Part shown: positions 20,087 through 37,866 of the stretch, piece by piece | Layout of the letters: every line of letters begins with the position of its first letter | Position numbering within the stretch: position 1 is the stretch's first letter | Assembly: GCA_035193785.1 (NCBI GenBank) | Contig: CP136572.1 | Location: forward strand, 3,668,578-3,732,577 | Direction of reading: 5' to 3' | Length of the DNA: 64,000 nt | Source of the DNA: Planktothrix sp. GU0601_MAG3 | GTDB lineage: Bacteria; Cyanobacteriota; Cyanobacteriia; Cyanobacteriales; Microcoleaceae | Made by a program: the position numbers and the translations under genes | The notes under the pieces: model-generated | Databases searched by the model: none | The model's input: the letters and a program-made list of their open reading frames with translations, nothing else | Told to the model about the DNA's origin: nothing

Positions 20087-22522
20087 ATGAAAACCGCAAA
20101 AAACTTTATTGTTATTGATACGGAAGGACAACCGATTTTAAGAGAATTAGCGATTGTCAATGATCAGGGAGAATTAATTTATGAAGCCTTTGTGGAAAAT
20201 CATCCCCAAAGTCCTAAAATTGCCCATCTGACTAGACCGTTAAAAGTAATTTTAAAGGAATTTCTGGAAATTTCTCAATCTCAAATCATTATTTGTCATT
20301 ATGCTCAACATGATGTTGAAGTATTAAGAAATTCGTTTAAAGCGGTGGGAATTTCTGCCCCTCAATTGGATTTTCAGTGTAGTTTTGAACTAGCTCAACG
20401 CTATTTACCACAGTTAAATAGTCATTCTTTAGAAGCTTTAAGTAAACATCTAAGACTTAAATTCGAGGGTCAATTTTTCATTAAAGATTCTGCCCATAGA
20501 GCCAAATATGATGCGTCATTTACCTATCAACTTTATAAACATATTGTCAATGAATTTATCAAAAAGGAATTAAAAGCCCAACCTAACCCCTTTGGAACCA
20601 GTCGCGTCGATACTCCCTTTCAGGATCACCCGGATTTTCGAGGGATTTTTGCCGAGGAATGCGATCGCTTAAAAGCTATTTTAGGGGATATTAAATTAGA
20701 CCTCAATCATCAAACAAAAGGGGCAATTGTAATTGGGGAACCCGGGTCAGGAAAAACCCATTTGATGATGCGATTAGCCAAGGATTTATTACTTAAAAAC
20801 AGATTATTATTTATCCGTCAACCAAATAATCCTGACACGGTTTTATTCCATACCTATAGTCGAATTTTAGAATCCTTAATCCAAATTGTTCCGAATAGTA
20901 TTCACACTCAGCTTGAGTATTTATTGGCTAATAGTTTTGCGGAAATTATTAAATCTACCGATAACTATTTTACTTCAAAAACCCAAAAAGACGAGAAGAT
21001 ATTACAACTAATTCAAGGGGGGAATTTAAAACTATTTACCGACTTATCCCAAGCAGAAACAAAAACAAAACGGGAGTTTTGGCAACATATTGAAAAACGG
21101 GCTTTGGAATGGTGGAATAATAACTTTTCCGCCGCCGGTTACGCCCCTAAGTTTTTACAGGGAATTGTGAAGTTTTGTGGCTATACGGACTTTAACCGTC
21201 GTCAAATTATTACCCAATGGTTAGCAATGAATAATCTCCCCCAAGAAGAATTAGACCGGGTGGGTTTACCCTCCTGGGAAGATGAATTGAGTCGGGAAGA
21301 AGCCTCCTTAGAAGCGTTGAAGGTGTTGGGATGTTTATCCCTATTAGATGAACCTTTAATCATTGTTTTTGACCAGTTAGAAGGATTAGGATTAAAGCAC
21401 AATGAACGCTTGTTACAATGTTTTGGAACCGCGATTAAAGAGATTTTTACCCATGTTCCCAATAGTTTAATTATTTTAAACCTATTTCCCGATCGCTGGC
21501 AACAATTTAAACAGGTTTTTGATGGGTCAATTATTGATCGGGTATCCCAGTCCCAAGTGTTTCTTAACCGTCCCTCTAATCAAGAGTTAAAACAGTTATT
21601 GAATTTAAAATTACAAGGGTTAGATGTCACCCTGGATGATTTATTTGAAGTGGATGAAATTACTGCAATTTTAAATCATATTTCTATTCGGACTGTCTTA
21701 AATGTGGCGGCGGATTATTACCGCTATAAAGTCGATGGAATTCCTCTCCCGAAACATCAACTGATTCCCGTATTACAAACCGATGAAAGTGATGTGGAAA
21801 GACGGTTACAACAGTTGGAAATTGAACTGGAACAAATAAAACAGGGGATAACTCAAATTGCGAAAATTTTTGGCGAGAAAAATCAGCAGAATTTAGAAAT
21901 ATTTAATGAGGAATTATTTGGATTTGTCCCCGCCTTTGATTCTGCTGCTAAACGTCAACTTAAAAGTTATTTAAAGGCGCAACGAATTTGTTTAGAAGCG
22001 AATTTATCCAAACCTAAAATCCTGACCGATAGTGACGATTTAGGGAAATTAACAACGATTTTAGAAGCCTTAATGTTAGTGATTTCTCCCTTGAGTTTTG
22101 ATATTTTACGCTTAGGAAAACGAGTGATTCCTGAACATTTAATTATTCAAACTCAAACCCATAGTTTTGTGGTGGGATTTTTACATTTAGGTGGAGCACC
22201 CTTTTTTCATCGGATGAAAAATTGGAATGAATTATTGCTTTTGAAACCTAATTTTAAATTTATTTTATGTCGAGACCAAAGCGATTATCCGATTACTGGT
22301 GAGAAAAGTCTATTTGAGCTAGAAAAACTTCAACATTCTAAAAATGGAAAACTAATGATTTGGAATCCAGACCATAGGGTTTTATTTGAGTTGTTCTATC
22401 AAATGATCCTAGACATTCAAAATTATGATTTAGAGATCAAGTTTGAGGAAGCTATGGAGTTTATTTTATCAGAATATCAGGATTATTGGCTATTTCAAAA
22501 TATTACTAGGGATTTGAGTTAA
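20087..22522 (+). CDS. DEDDh 3'-5' exonuclease fused to a P-loop ATPase
   Basis: ExoI IVIDTEG, ExoII HYAQHD, ExoIII HRAKYD; Walker A GEPGSGKT; Walker B IIVFDQLE. Confidence 0.8.
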   Translation: MKTAKNFIVIDTEGQPILRELAIVNDQGELIYEAFVENHPQSPKIAHLTRPLKVILKEFLEISQSQIIICHYAQHDVEVLRNSFKAVGISAPQLDFQCSFELAQRYLPQLNSHSLEALSKHLRLKFEGQFFIKDSAHRAKYDASFTYQLYKHIVNEFIKKELKAQPNPFGTSRVDTPFQDHPDFRGIFAEECDRLKAILGDIKLDLNHQTKGAIVIGEPGSGKTHLMMRLAKDLLLKNRLLFIRQPNNPDTVLFHTYSRILESLIQIVPNSIHTQLEYLLANSFAEIIKSTDNYFTSKTQKDEKILQLIQGGNLKLFTDLSQAETKTKREFWQHIEKRALEWWNNNFSAAGYAPKFLQGIVKFCGYTDFNRRQIITQWLAMNNLPQEELDRVGLPSWEDELSREEASLEALKVLGCLSLLDEPLIIVFDQLEGLGLKHNERLLQCFGTAIKEIFTHVPNSLIILNLFPDRWQQFKQVFDGSIIDRVSQSQVFLNRPSNQELKQLLNLKLQGLDVTLDDLFEVDEITAILNHISIRTVLNVAADYYRYKVDGIPLPKHQLIPVLQTDESDVERRLQQLEIELEQIKQGITQIAKIFGEKNQQNLEIFNEELFGFVPAFDSAAKRQLKSYLKAQRICLEANLSKPKILTDSDDLGKLTTILEALMLVISPLSFDILRLGKRVIPEHLIIQTQTHSFVVGFLHLGGAPFFHRMKNWNELLLLKPNFKFILCRDQSDYPITGEKSLFELEKLQHSKNGKLMIWNPDHRVLFELFYQMILDIQNYDLEIKFEEAMEFILSEYQDYWLFQNITRDLS

Positions 22523-22742
22523 AAACTATATATAGCAAGAGGCAATAGGGAATAGGCAATGGGCAATAGGTAAATACTTACTGTGAGCAGCTTTTAGCTT
22601 TCAAGAATGTCCTAATAGATGCGGCAACTTCTATAAAAGCCCTATACCAGAAATATACGATGTTATTTTCTGGTATAGAACTTTATTTCTCCGTCAATCC
22701 GTTGATTTCGTTTTTATATGAAATCCGTAAACATTCTCCCTG

Positions 22743-22772
22743 TGTAGAGACGTTGCATGCAACGTCTCTACA
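22743..22772. repeat. Perfect 30-bp palindrome TGTAGAGACGTTGCATGCAACGTCTCTACA (GTAG-type REP) just after the glmS stop
   Basis: Seen directly; related copy at 60904-60930. Confidence 0.85.
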
Positions 22773-22775
22773 CCG

Positions 22776-24694
<1,919 letters not shown>

Positions 24695-24930
24695 TAATTT
24701 ATAACTCCTGTTTTAATAGTCTTTATCCCGAATATTAATTCGAGTTCATTCCCCCCATCTTAATTGAAGTGGAGAAAACCTATTTCTAGCTTAATTGGCA
24801 GGGATCTGACAACATTCCAACAAAAAAGAGGGTGGAATTTCCCCCCTCTGTGAAGATTTAACCCACTGTATCCTTTCCGGTGAAAGCAATACATGATGGA
24901 TTGAGATAAAAACCCGCTTTGGGGCGGAGT

Positions 24931-25206
<276 letters not shown>

Positions 25207-25364
25207 TTACAAGTTCTGCCCTAAATATAGGTTAGAAGTCCAGCTTAATAGGAGCGGGATCATCCCATATATTGCATCACAATACTCCAGTGTTTCACTT
25301 CCAATACACATAAGGCGATAAAACTTTAAACAATGTAATATTTCCCGCCCTAACGATTAACAGT

Positions 25365-26265
25365 TCACGCTCTAATTTTGTCCAACACAGACTTTGTGGA
25401 AACAACGTGGCGGTCTAAACCCAGTTGTTGGGGGTCAATACCCAGGGCGAGGGCCACCAATTGGGGAAGATGGAGCACAGGTAAACCCAGGGGGCGACCA
25501 ATTACTTTTTCGACTTCCGGTTGACGAGAATCTAAATTCAGATGACACAGGGGACAGGGCGTTACCAGACAGTCGGCACCGTTATCAATAGCTTCTTGAA
25601 TATGGTTTCCAGCCATTTGAAAGGCGGATTCCGTCGCGTAACTCGATAGCGGCCAACCGCAACATTGGGTTCTCCCCCGATAATATACCGGAGTTGCCCC
25701 CACAGCCCGAAATAGGTTTTCCATGGATTCCGGCTGATGGGGGTCGTCATAGGGGAGATGGGTTTGGGCACGGAGGAGATAACAGCCATAAAAAGCCGCA
25801 CACTTCAAACCCGATAGTTGGCGACTAACTCGGCGTTCAATTTCGGCTAAACCATAATCGGCGACTAAGGCCCAGAGCAGATGTTTAACTTCCGTTGTCC
25901 CTTGATAGGGTGAACAGCCTTCTTTGCTGAGTAGCCCATTCACTTTTTCAATATAAGCCGGATCATTTTCCTGAAATTCTTTTAACCGTTCATCAACGTG
26001 ACCAATCACCCCCTGACAGGTGCTGCAATGGGTCAGTAGGGGTAAATTTAATTCTTCTGCTAAAGCAATATTACGCGCATTGACCGTATCTTCCAACAGT
26101 CGGGAATCTTCTTTGAAGGTGCCTGAAACCGCAGCAAGATGCCTTTTTTAGTTCAATTAGTTCAATACCTAAAGTTTCTGTGAGAACTTGCGTAGACTGA
26201 TACAGTTCCCGGCAAGCACCCTGGGCAACACAGCCCGGAAAATAGGCATATCTCAAGGAGGGCAT
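25365..26265 (-). CDS. Heterodisulfide reductase subunit B-like (CCG domain) protein (split by +1 at 26125-26129)
   Basis: YAYFPGC, corrected SCCGSG, CSTC, FYGC, QCCG, PCPLCHLNLD. Confidence 0.88.
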
Positions 26266-26395
26266 AGAAATCACCGATACTAGGATTTTGGATTCATTAG
26301 TAACAAAATAGCAATAAAACGAGAAGATACGAAGGAATTGTTTAAAATAGAGAGTATCAACCAAGTTTCAAATTATTAAAAAACTTAAATACACT

Positions 26396-27562
26396 ATGAA
26401 AATTTTAGGTAAAGCTACTTTGATGGGAACCCAAAGATATCGAGAACGCCATCAGCAAGACTGTCTCGCTGCTCATTTTCGAGAAGCCAATGATTGGGTT
26501 GTCAGTTCGATCGGTATTGGCACTTATTTAGGAGCCGCAGACTCCCGAACGGATGATCTGGTCACTGAAGCAATTATCGAGTCAGTTAACAATGGAATTA
26601 ATCTGATTGATACCGCAATTAATTATCGTTATATGCACGCTGAATGGAGTACAAGTTATGCTTTACGCGCTTTAATCCGGGATGAAGTTATCTCCAGAGA
26701 TGAATTGATTATTTGTACGAAAGGAGGTTTCATTCCCGATTTAGATCGAATCAGTTGGTTTTATTCTCGATATATTGAAAACAGTAGATTTTCGATTGAA
26801 CCCGAGGATTTAGTTGCAGAATGTCACTGTTTACACCCGGAATATATTTGGGATCAACTGGAGCACAGCTTGGATAATTTGGGAGTAGAAACGATTGATA
26901 TTTATTATCTTCATAACCCAGAAATGCAATTATCTGAAGTTGCGCCAGAAATTTTTTATCACCGTTTAAGGCTGGCATTTGAAGTATTAGAAAAAGCTGT
27001 TAGTCAAGGAAAAATTAGTAGCTATGGGTTAGCCACTTGGGATGGCTTTCGAGTCCCGCCAGCCCACCCCAACCATCTTGATTTAGCTAAGATTAAGGCG
27101 ATCTCAACTCAAGTGGCCCCCAATGGCGCGGATCATTTCAAATTTATTCAGTTACCCTTCAATGCCACCATGCTAGAGGCGTTAGTTAAACCGACGCAAC
27201 AAATCAAGCGGGTATGGCTCCCCATCCTAGCAGCAGCAGAGCGTTTAGGTCTATCAGTGATTTCTAGTGCCTCCATCGGCCAGACTAAAGCCGTTGGACA
27301 CATTCCAGAAGCCCTGGAGGGGATACTTCATCAAACCCCGTTAACGCCGACCTTGCAAGCCCTTCAGTTTACCCGTTCCTGTCCCAAATTACTAACCGCC
27401 TTAGTCGGGATGAAAACAATTGATCACGTCACAGAAAATTCAGCCCTGACTCGGATTAAACCCCTAGCTACCAAATTCTATAAAGCTTTAGCTACCGCCA
27501 GTAATGAGATGGGTTTCTTAATCCGGCCAGCAGAATTTTTCTGGGGAATAGTTAAAGATTAG
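26396..27562 (+). CDS. Aldo/keto reductase
   Basis: SIGIGTY, IDTAINY, ICTKGG, IDIYYLHNPE. Confidence 0.88.
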   Translation: MKILGKATLMGTQRYRERHQQDCLAAHFREANDWVVSSIGIGTYLGAADSRTDDLVTEAIIESVNNGINLIDTAINYRYMHAEWSTSYALRALIRDEVISRDELIICTKGGFIPDLDRISWFYSRYIENSRFSIEPEDLVAECHCLHPEYIWDQLEHSLDNLGVETIDIYYLHNPEMQLSEVAPEIFYHRLRLAFEVLEKAVSQGKISSYGLATWDGFRVPPAHPNHLDLAKIKAISTQVAPNGADHFKFIQLPFNATMLEALVKPTQQIKRVWLPILAAAERLGLSVISSASIGQTKAVGHIPEALEGILHQTPLTPTLQALQFTRSCPKLLTALVGMKTIDHVTENSALTRIKPLATKFYKALATASNEMGFLIRPAEFFWGIVKD

Positions 27563-27608
27563 TTACAATTGGTGATTGAATATTATGTATGATTAAACAA
27601 TCTTAGTA

Positions 27609-28574
27609 ATGGAGAGATTGGCCCTGACTGATTTGTGCGGTGAAAACTTGGTTTCAACTTCTCCGACAGTCTGGCGTCCACAGCTATCAATCGGCGTTTT
27701 TCTGCCGACCGTGGGGCTGGCGAGTGTCGTCATGTCTCATTTGCAAAATGATAGCTATACGGCAGTGCAAATCCAGTCTGTTGAAAAATTCCTCCAATTC
27801 ATGGCTCAAGAAAGACACCAACTCGATTGTATCGTTCTTGAGGATAATCCAGATTTGCTCATCCTTAGTCAACATCTTCATGAGCAATCTCTGTCAGTTC
27901 CGGTGGTCATTATTACATCACAATCCCAACCTACAGACACTTTAACTCAAACAACTACTAATCCTTCTGACACTGGCAAACCTGAAGAAGATTCTTCACG
28001 GTATTTGTACCACTGTACCGAGGTACGAATCACAGATCATCAACTGAATCAAATTTCAGGCTATATTGACCAAGCCATTAGTCAGTTTATTACCCATGCG
28101 ATTACGGCTCGCCTCACCGAAGAGTCTACGGGGAGCAATGCTCCTACAGAGCTAACAAATTTTATTATCCGTCAACAACGTCGCCTGGTGAGTAAACTCC
28201 ATGAGCGACTAGGATATTTGGGTGTTTACTATAAAAGAAGTCCCCAGAATTTTATCCGTAATCTTGCTCCTACAGAACGTCAGGAGTTTATTGATCAGTT
28301 AAAAACAAAATATCGCCAGATTGTTCTGAGTTATTTCTCCGCCGATCAAAGTTTGAATAATAAAATTGATGAATATGTAAACTTAGCTTTTTTTGCTGAT
28401 GTTCCAGTCACCAGAATTGTAGAAATTCACATGGAATTGATGGATAATTTTGCTAAACAGCTTAAATTAGAAGGGAGAAGCGAAGATGTTTTATTGGACT
28501 ATCGATTGACATTAATTGATACGATTGCCCATTTATGTGAAATGTACCGTCGCTCAATTCCTAGGGATTCTTAA
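27609..28574 (+). CDS. kaiA: Circadian clock protein KaiA
   Basis: C-terminal LHERLGYLGVYYKR...LLDYRLTLIDTIAHLCEMYRRSIPR. Confidence 0.96.
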   Translation: MERLALTDLCGENLVSTSPTVWRPQLSIGVFLPTVGLASVVMSHLQNDSYTAVQIQSVEKFLQFMAQERHQLDCIVLEDNPDLLILSQHLHEQSLSVPVVIITSQSQPTDTLTQTTTNPSDTGKPEEDSSRYLYHCTEVRITDHQLNQISGYIDQAISQFITHAITARLTEESTGSNAPTELTNFIIRQQRRLVSKLHERLGYLGVYYKRSPQNFIRNLAPTERQEFIDQLKTKYRQIVLSYFSADQSLNNKIDEYVNLAFFADVPVTRIVEIHMELMDNFAKQLKLEGRSEDVLLDYRLTLIDTIAHLCEMYRRSIPRDS

Positions 28575-28636
28575 TCAACAAACTATCATTCATCAAACTA
28601 TCATTCATTGTTATTATAAATAATAATTACAAAACT

Positions 28637-28666
28637 AGAGCAATCTTTAGATTAAAAGACTGCTCT
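28637..28666 (-). terminator. Hairpin between convergent kaiA and rrn, likely the rrn terminator
   Basis: AGAGCAATCTTT...AAAGACTGCTCT stem, with T-runs following on both strands. Confidence 0.55.
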
Positions 28667-28783
28667 GTTTGAATTTATTTAGTTCATTTGATTAATGATC
28701 ACAACCTCCCAAATCCTAAGCATAGGATTAAGAGGGAAATCAGAAACACTGAAGATTGCAGAGAAACTGGAGTAGTGTAAATG

Positions 28784-31670
<2,887 letters not shown>

Positions 31671-31997
31671 ACTTAACTTTCTTTCTGTTTTTTGGTTTGT
31701 GGTTAGTTCTCTCGCCTTGGGGTCGGTTTCCCTTCCTCCGGGCTGGGAGTTCTAACTACGAACTACTGCCAGTTTTTGTTTCTCTGCAATTTTCAAGGTT
31801 CTGTCTGGACTTGATTGTCCAGCATTCTGGCTTCTTTTTCATGGAAGCTAGGTGCTGAATTGTCCTCGGTTTTGAACCAGACTTAGGAGTTTGAAAGCTT
31901 CTGTCGATTTTTCATTTTGCTCGTAACGACCTTGGGATGACTTTTGAGGGTGTTATGTTTTGGATTGAACACTCGACTCAAAAGTAGGTCTCCCTAA
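31671..31997 (-). other. 16S-23S ITS without tRNA genes; boxA at about 31791-31802
   Basis: 327 nt, no tRNA-Ile/Ala cloverleaf seen; GAACCTTGAAAA boxA on the minus strand. Confidence 0.8.
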
Positions 31998-33488
<1,491 letters not shown>

Positions 33489-33682
33489 TGAAGAATCTGT
33501 TTTTTTGGCTCTAAAACTTGTTTCTCAAAGTTTTAGAATTTCTTGCTCTTTCAGAAAGTTTGTGTTAAACTCCCTGATTAAGAATTAATTCTTTAATAAC
33601 GAGACAAATTATGTTTTAACTTGGCTTTCAAACTCTTTAGTTGTCTAGGTTCGGCGTGTCTTTGTTTTTCGACACTTTTATA

Positions 33683-33711
33683 AATCTATCAGTCTTTTCT
33701 CAAGATGTCAA
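33683..33711 (-). promoter_or_regulatory. rrn sigma70 promoter TTGACA-N17-TAGATT
   Basis: -35 at 33711-33706, -10 at 33688-33683, about 195 bp upstream of 16S. Confidence 0.75.
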
Positions 33712-33898
33712 CCCCCTTTTGGGAAATTTTTTTTATGCCCGCCCAATCCTTGCTTTGTATGGGGTTCAGCTTTTTGTTGCTGGGAGTAGCTCGCCTAGGG
33801 AACAAATGATGGCATCGAAATTTAATGGTTTTTGTCCGAGACAGGGGGCAACGGTCTGATCTTGGACACGCGCAGATATATATAGATAGCAGGCAACG

Positions 33899-33975
33899 GG
33901 CAATGGGCAATGGGCAATGGGCAATGGGCAATGGGCAATGGGCAATGGGCAATGGGCAATGGGCAATGGGCAATG
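33899..33975. repeat. STRR heptamer array GGCAATG x11
   Basis: Seen directly. Confidence 0.95.
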
Positions 33976-34174
33976 GGAGGGAAAAGACCTGACGATAAGG
34001 TTTTCTGGATCAGTCTTTGTTAAACACCTCTATGCCCGCGACGGCTCTATATATTATATATAGGGCTTTGTTGAATCGGGGTGTGTTTAAGAGGCGGCGC
34101 GATGCTGAAAGACACAAGACTGGGCGATGTGCTGGAAAAAATAGGCTTCTGCGTGGTCAGGTAAAATTATGATT

Positions 34175-34750
34175 CTAACTCAAATTTTTAAGACTTTCAA
34201 CAGCCTCTAAAGCTTTTAAATAGTAGGCAATATTTCCTGTATCTTCAAATAAACTAGCTGCTTTCTCCAAATCAGCAATAGCTTCTTGTATATTTCCCAG
34301 ATCTCGATGGGTTAATCCCCGATTATAGTAGGCTTCAGTGTTGCTTTTATCATAGTTTATTGCTTGATTATAGCTAGATAGTGCTAATAAATTTTTCTGT
34401 AATTTTCTTAAATTATTACCTTTGTTATAATAAGCTGTAGGATTCTTAGGGTCGATTTCAATGGCTTTATCACAATCTTGAATTGCTTTTTCAAGATTCC
34501 CTAACTTCAAATAACAAACTCCTCGGCTAATATAAGTTGTCGCACTATCTGGTTTAATCATTAAAACCAGATTAAAGTTTTCAATAGCTCCTTTATACTC
34601 TCCCTTTTGTGCTTTTTTTAAACCTTGATTGTGAATCTCTTTTATATTATTTTTATCTAATTCTTGCATTTTTTTCTTTAAAATCAGATATTCTCCTGGA
34701 GTTAATGTTTTAATGATTTGTAAAAGCACATCAATGAGTTTATTATTCAT
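34175..34750 (-). CDS. Tetratricopeptide repeat protein
   Basis: Repeated AYYNRG...A..D..KAI TPR pattern. Confidence 0.88.
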   Translation of the reverse strand: MNNKLIDVLLQIIKTLTPGEYLILKKKMQELDKNNIKEIHNQGLKKAQKGEYKGAIENFNLVLMIKPDSATTYISRGVCYLKLGNLEKAIQDCDKAIEIDPKNPTAYYNKGNNLRKLQKNLLALSSYNQAINYDKSNTEAYYNRGLTHRDLGNIQEAIADLEKAASLFEDTGNIAYYLKALEAVESLKNLS

Positions 34751-34887
34751 AATATTGAGAATATAAAAATGATGAGTTAAATTCTAAAAAATACTTAGAT
34801 CATTTGTAGGGGCAAGGCGTGCCTCGACCCTACAGAAAATTGATAAAAGCGATTCAAATTTTATTGGTTTAGCCCTTTTGTTAAAAC

Positions 34888-36072
34888 TTAAACTGCAACT
34901 TTTTGGCTGAGTTTTTCGGAAGCTGCAATTACTTCTTGCCTAGCCCAACGATCCGATTCTATAATATCTTCTAAAGTCGGATCTTGACGATTATCAATTT
35001 GATGACGATCACAAGTTGATTCTATGACTTTGGGAATATCTAAAAATGCAATTTTTTCTTCTAAAAATAAAGCAACTGCTTGTTCATTTGCTGCATTTAA
35101 AACCGCAGGCATTGAACCTCCTGCCCTTCCTGCTGCATAGGCTAAGGGCATACAAGGATATTTATTATGATCGGGGGATTTAAAGGTTAAATTCCCCGCT
35201 TTAACTAAATCCAAACGTTCCCAACTCGTATAAATTCTTTCTGGCCAAGACATGGCATATAAAATCGGTAAACGCATATCCGGCCAACCCAATTGGGCTA
35301 AAACGGAGGTATCTTGTAACTCAATTAGAGAGTGAATAATACTCTGGGGATGAATCACAATTTCAATATCATTATAATCCAATCCAAACAAGAAGTGAGC
35401 TTCAATTACTTCTAAACCTTTATTCATCATTGTAGCTGAATCCACGGTGATTTTTTTGCCCATTGACCAGTTAGGATGGGTAATAGCATCGGCGACTTTT
35501 ACTTCCTTTAATTTCTCCACAGGCCAATCTCTAAATGCACCCCCAGAAGCAGTTAAAATAATTCGTCTTAGTCCCTCTTTGGGAACCCCTTGTAAACATT
35601 GAAAAATTGCTGAATGTTCCGAGTCCGCAGGTAATAATTTAACCCCATGTTTTTCAATTAAAGGATTGACAACCGGCCCCCCAGCAATTAAAGTTTCCTT
35701 ATTAGCAAGGGCGATATCTTTTCCGGCTTCAATAGCGGCAATTGTGGGTAATAATCCCGCACAACCGACGATTCCGGTAACCACAACTTCTGAGTCCCCA
35801 TAACCTGCAACTTCGATAATTCCTTGCTCTCCCGCGAGTAAAATTGGTTGGGGGTCAATGTCGGCAATCAGGGCTTTCAATTCGGGTAACTGGTCGGGAT
35901 TAGAAATAGCAACAATACTGGGGTTAAAGGCGCGAATTTGTCGGGCTAACAGGGTAATATTCCGTCCGGCGGTTAACCCTACAATCCGAAACTGTTCGGG
36001 ATATTCTGCTACAATGTCTAAGGTTTGAGTTCCGATGGAACCTGTAGAACCCAGAAGTGTAATTGCTTTCAT
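34888..36072 (-). CDS. dxr: 1-deoxy-D-xylulose 5-phosphate reductoisomerase
   Basis: [42 protein letters not shown]. Confidence 0.98.
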   Translation of the reverse strand: MKAITLLGSTGSIGTQTLDIVAEYPEQFRIVGLTAGRNITLLARQIRAFNPSIVAISNPDQLPELKALIADIDPQPILLAGEQGIIEVAGYGDSEVVVTGIVGCAGLLPTIAAIEAGKDIALANKETLIAGGPVVNPLIEKHGVKLLPADSEHSAIFQCLQGVPKEGLRRIILTASGGAFRDWPVEKLKEVKVADAITHPNWSMGKKITVDSATMMNKGLEVIEAHFLFGLDYNDIEIVIHPQSIIHSLIELQDTSVLAQLGWPDMRLPILYAMSWPERIYTSWERLDLVKAGNLTFKSPDHNKYPCMPLAYAAGRAGGSMPAVLNAANEQAVALFLEEKIAFLDIPKVIESTCDRHQIDNRQDPTLEDIIESDRWARQEVIAASEKLSQKVAV

Positions 36073-36245
36073 CTTTTCTTAAGAACTATTTGATATAACC
36101 ATAGTACGACGGTTGATCCCCATTGCCCAATTTCTGCTCAAATCGGTTTGGGAACGTCATCTATGAGTTAAAAGATTGAGATATAATCTAAGATTCGACT
36201 GTTCATAAGATTCACACTCAGGTAGACTGAATTTTGTTGTGAGTA

Positions 36246-37794
36246 ATGAACAAAATGCAAACCCATCCAGATCATCCCGAACCTTCAACACCAATAGAGA
36301 CTAACGGCCTATTTGCCCTTTCCATCTGGAAAATTATGGGAATTGGCACAATTATTTTATTTTTTTATAGTAGTTTACGTCATTTTTTATTTCAGTCTAC
36401 TGCCTATGACTTAGGAATCTATGATCAAATTATATACTTAATTAGTATAGGAAGGCAACCCCTTTCTTCATTTTTGGGGTTTCATTTTTTGGGAGATCAT
36501 GCCGCGATTGCTATTTATCCTTTAGTATTATTATATAAGATTTATCCTACCGTTTATTGGTTATTTTTAATCCAGGCAATTTGTTTGAGTTTCCGCCGCC
36601 GGATTGACTTGGAAATTAGCTCAATTAGCTGGATTAAATCAACGGTTATCTTTGGCAGTTGCGATTGCTTATCTGCTCTACCCTGAAATTTTTAATATTA
36701 ATTTATTTGATTTCCACCCAGATGTTTTAGTAGTCCCCGCAATTTTCGGAGCAGTTTTAGCAGCAAAACAGAAAAAAATTATCTGGTTTATTATCGCAAT
36801 TATTTGGATATTAGCCTGTAAAGCAGTTTTAGCTTTAACTGTAATTGCGATTGGATTTTGGTTGATATTTTTTGAACAACGGCGTTTTTATGGAATGATA
36901 GCAATAGCGTTAGGAATTACTTGGTTTTTAGTTGCAACTCAGGTTATAATTCCCTTTTATAGCGGTCAAGAAGCAGCCGGAGTATCTCGATATGATTATT
37001 TAGGGAATTCGGTTTTAGAGGTGATTATCAATACAATTATTAAACCCCAATTGATTTTAGGGAAACTATTTTCTCTCAATACCTTTGTTTATCTGTTGGA
37101 ATTTAGTGTAGCGGTGATTTGGTGGTTAAATCCTCAAAAGTTTATTGTATTAATTCCCGCCATCCCTACTTTATTACTCAATATATTATCCATTGACCCG
37201 ATGCAACGTAGTTTAATCTATCAATATTCTCTGCCTGCATTACCATTTTTATTATTAGTTATGATTCAAACTTTAGCAGAAGAAAAGCCAGGACTTGCTA
37301 ATAGTTTATGGGGTTTATGGCATAAATTTCAGACCCCCCCTAGCCCCCCCTTGACAACGGGAAAAGGACTGGGTGAAAATATATCTTCTCATCTATTCAC
37401 AATTCCCCATCAAAAACTACCGAAATGGATCATACTTTGGTCAAGTTTGGTATTCTTATTATGGGCAGATCATACACAGGTTTTAGGCTATTTTACTAGA
37501 ATTAATAATTGGTCAGCAACCCAAAAAGCCGTCAGCCAAATTCACACCAAGGGAGGAGTTTTAACCGATAACCGACTTGCACCCCATTTTACCCATCGTA
37601 AAACTATTAAATTGCTCAATCAAGTGTCCCCAGACTTTAATTTAAGAGAATTTGATTATGTGATTTTAAATTTACGTCATCCTTGGCCAGATACGAAAGA
37701 TTTAGGGGAAAAATATGCCACTCAATTAAAAGCAAAAACCAATTTTAAATTATCCTATCAAAAGAATGGTGTATTAGTTTTTAAACGAATTTAA
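36246..37794 (+). CDS. DUF2079-like polytopic membrane protein (split by +1 at 36589-36593)
   Basis: YDLGIYDQ, HFLGDH, FDFHPD motifs; corrected junction CLSSAAGLTWKLA. Confidence 0.75.
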
Positions 37795-37866
37795 TTAGAT
37801 TTAATTAGATTTAGGGCGATCAAAAATAGGGAAATACAAAGATGCTCTCGTCACAAATAAAGAGGA

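Noticed and set aside
22530..22636. Possible TATA-flanked MITE with GGCAATA/G heptamers after the exonuclease-ATPase gene
   Set aside because: Terminal inverted repeats are too degenerate to support from this single copy
33641..33973. ORFs with PIAHCPL repeats
   Set aside because: Translations of the GGCAATG heptamer array across the rrn promoter region
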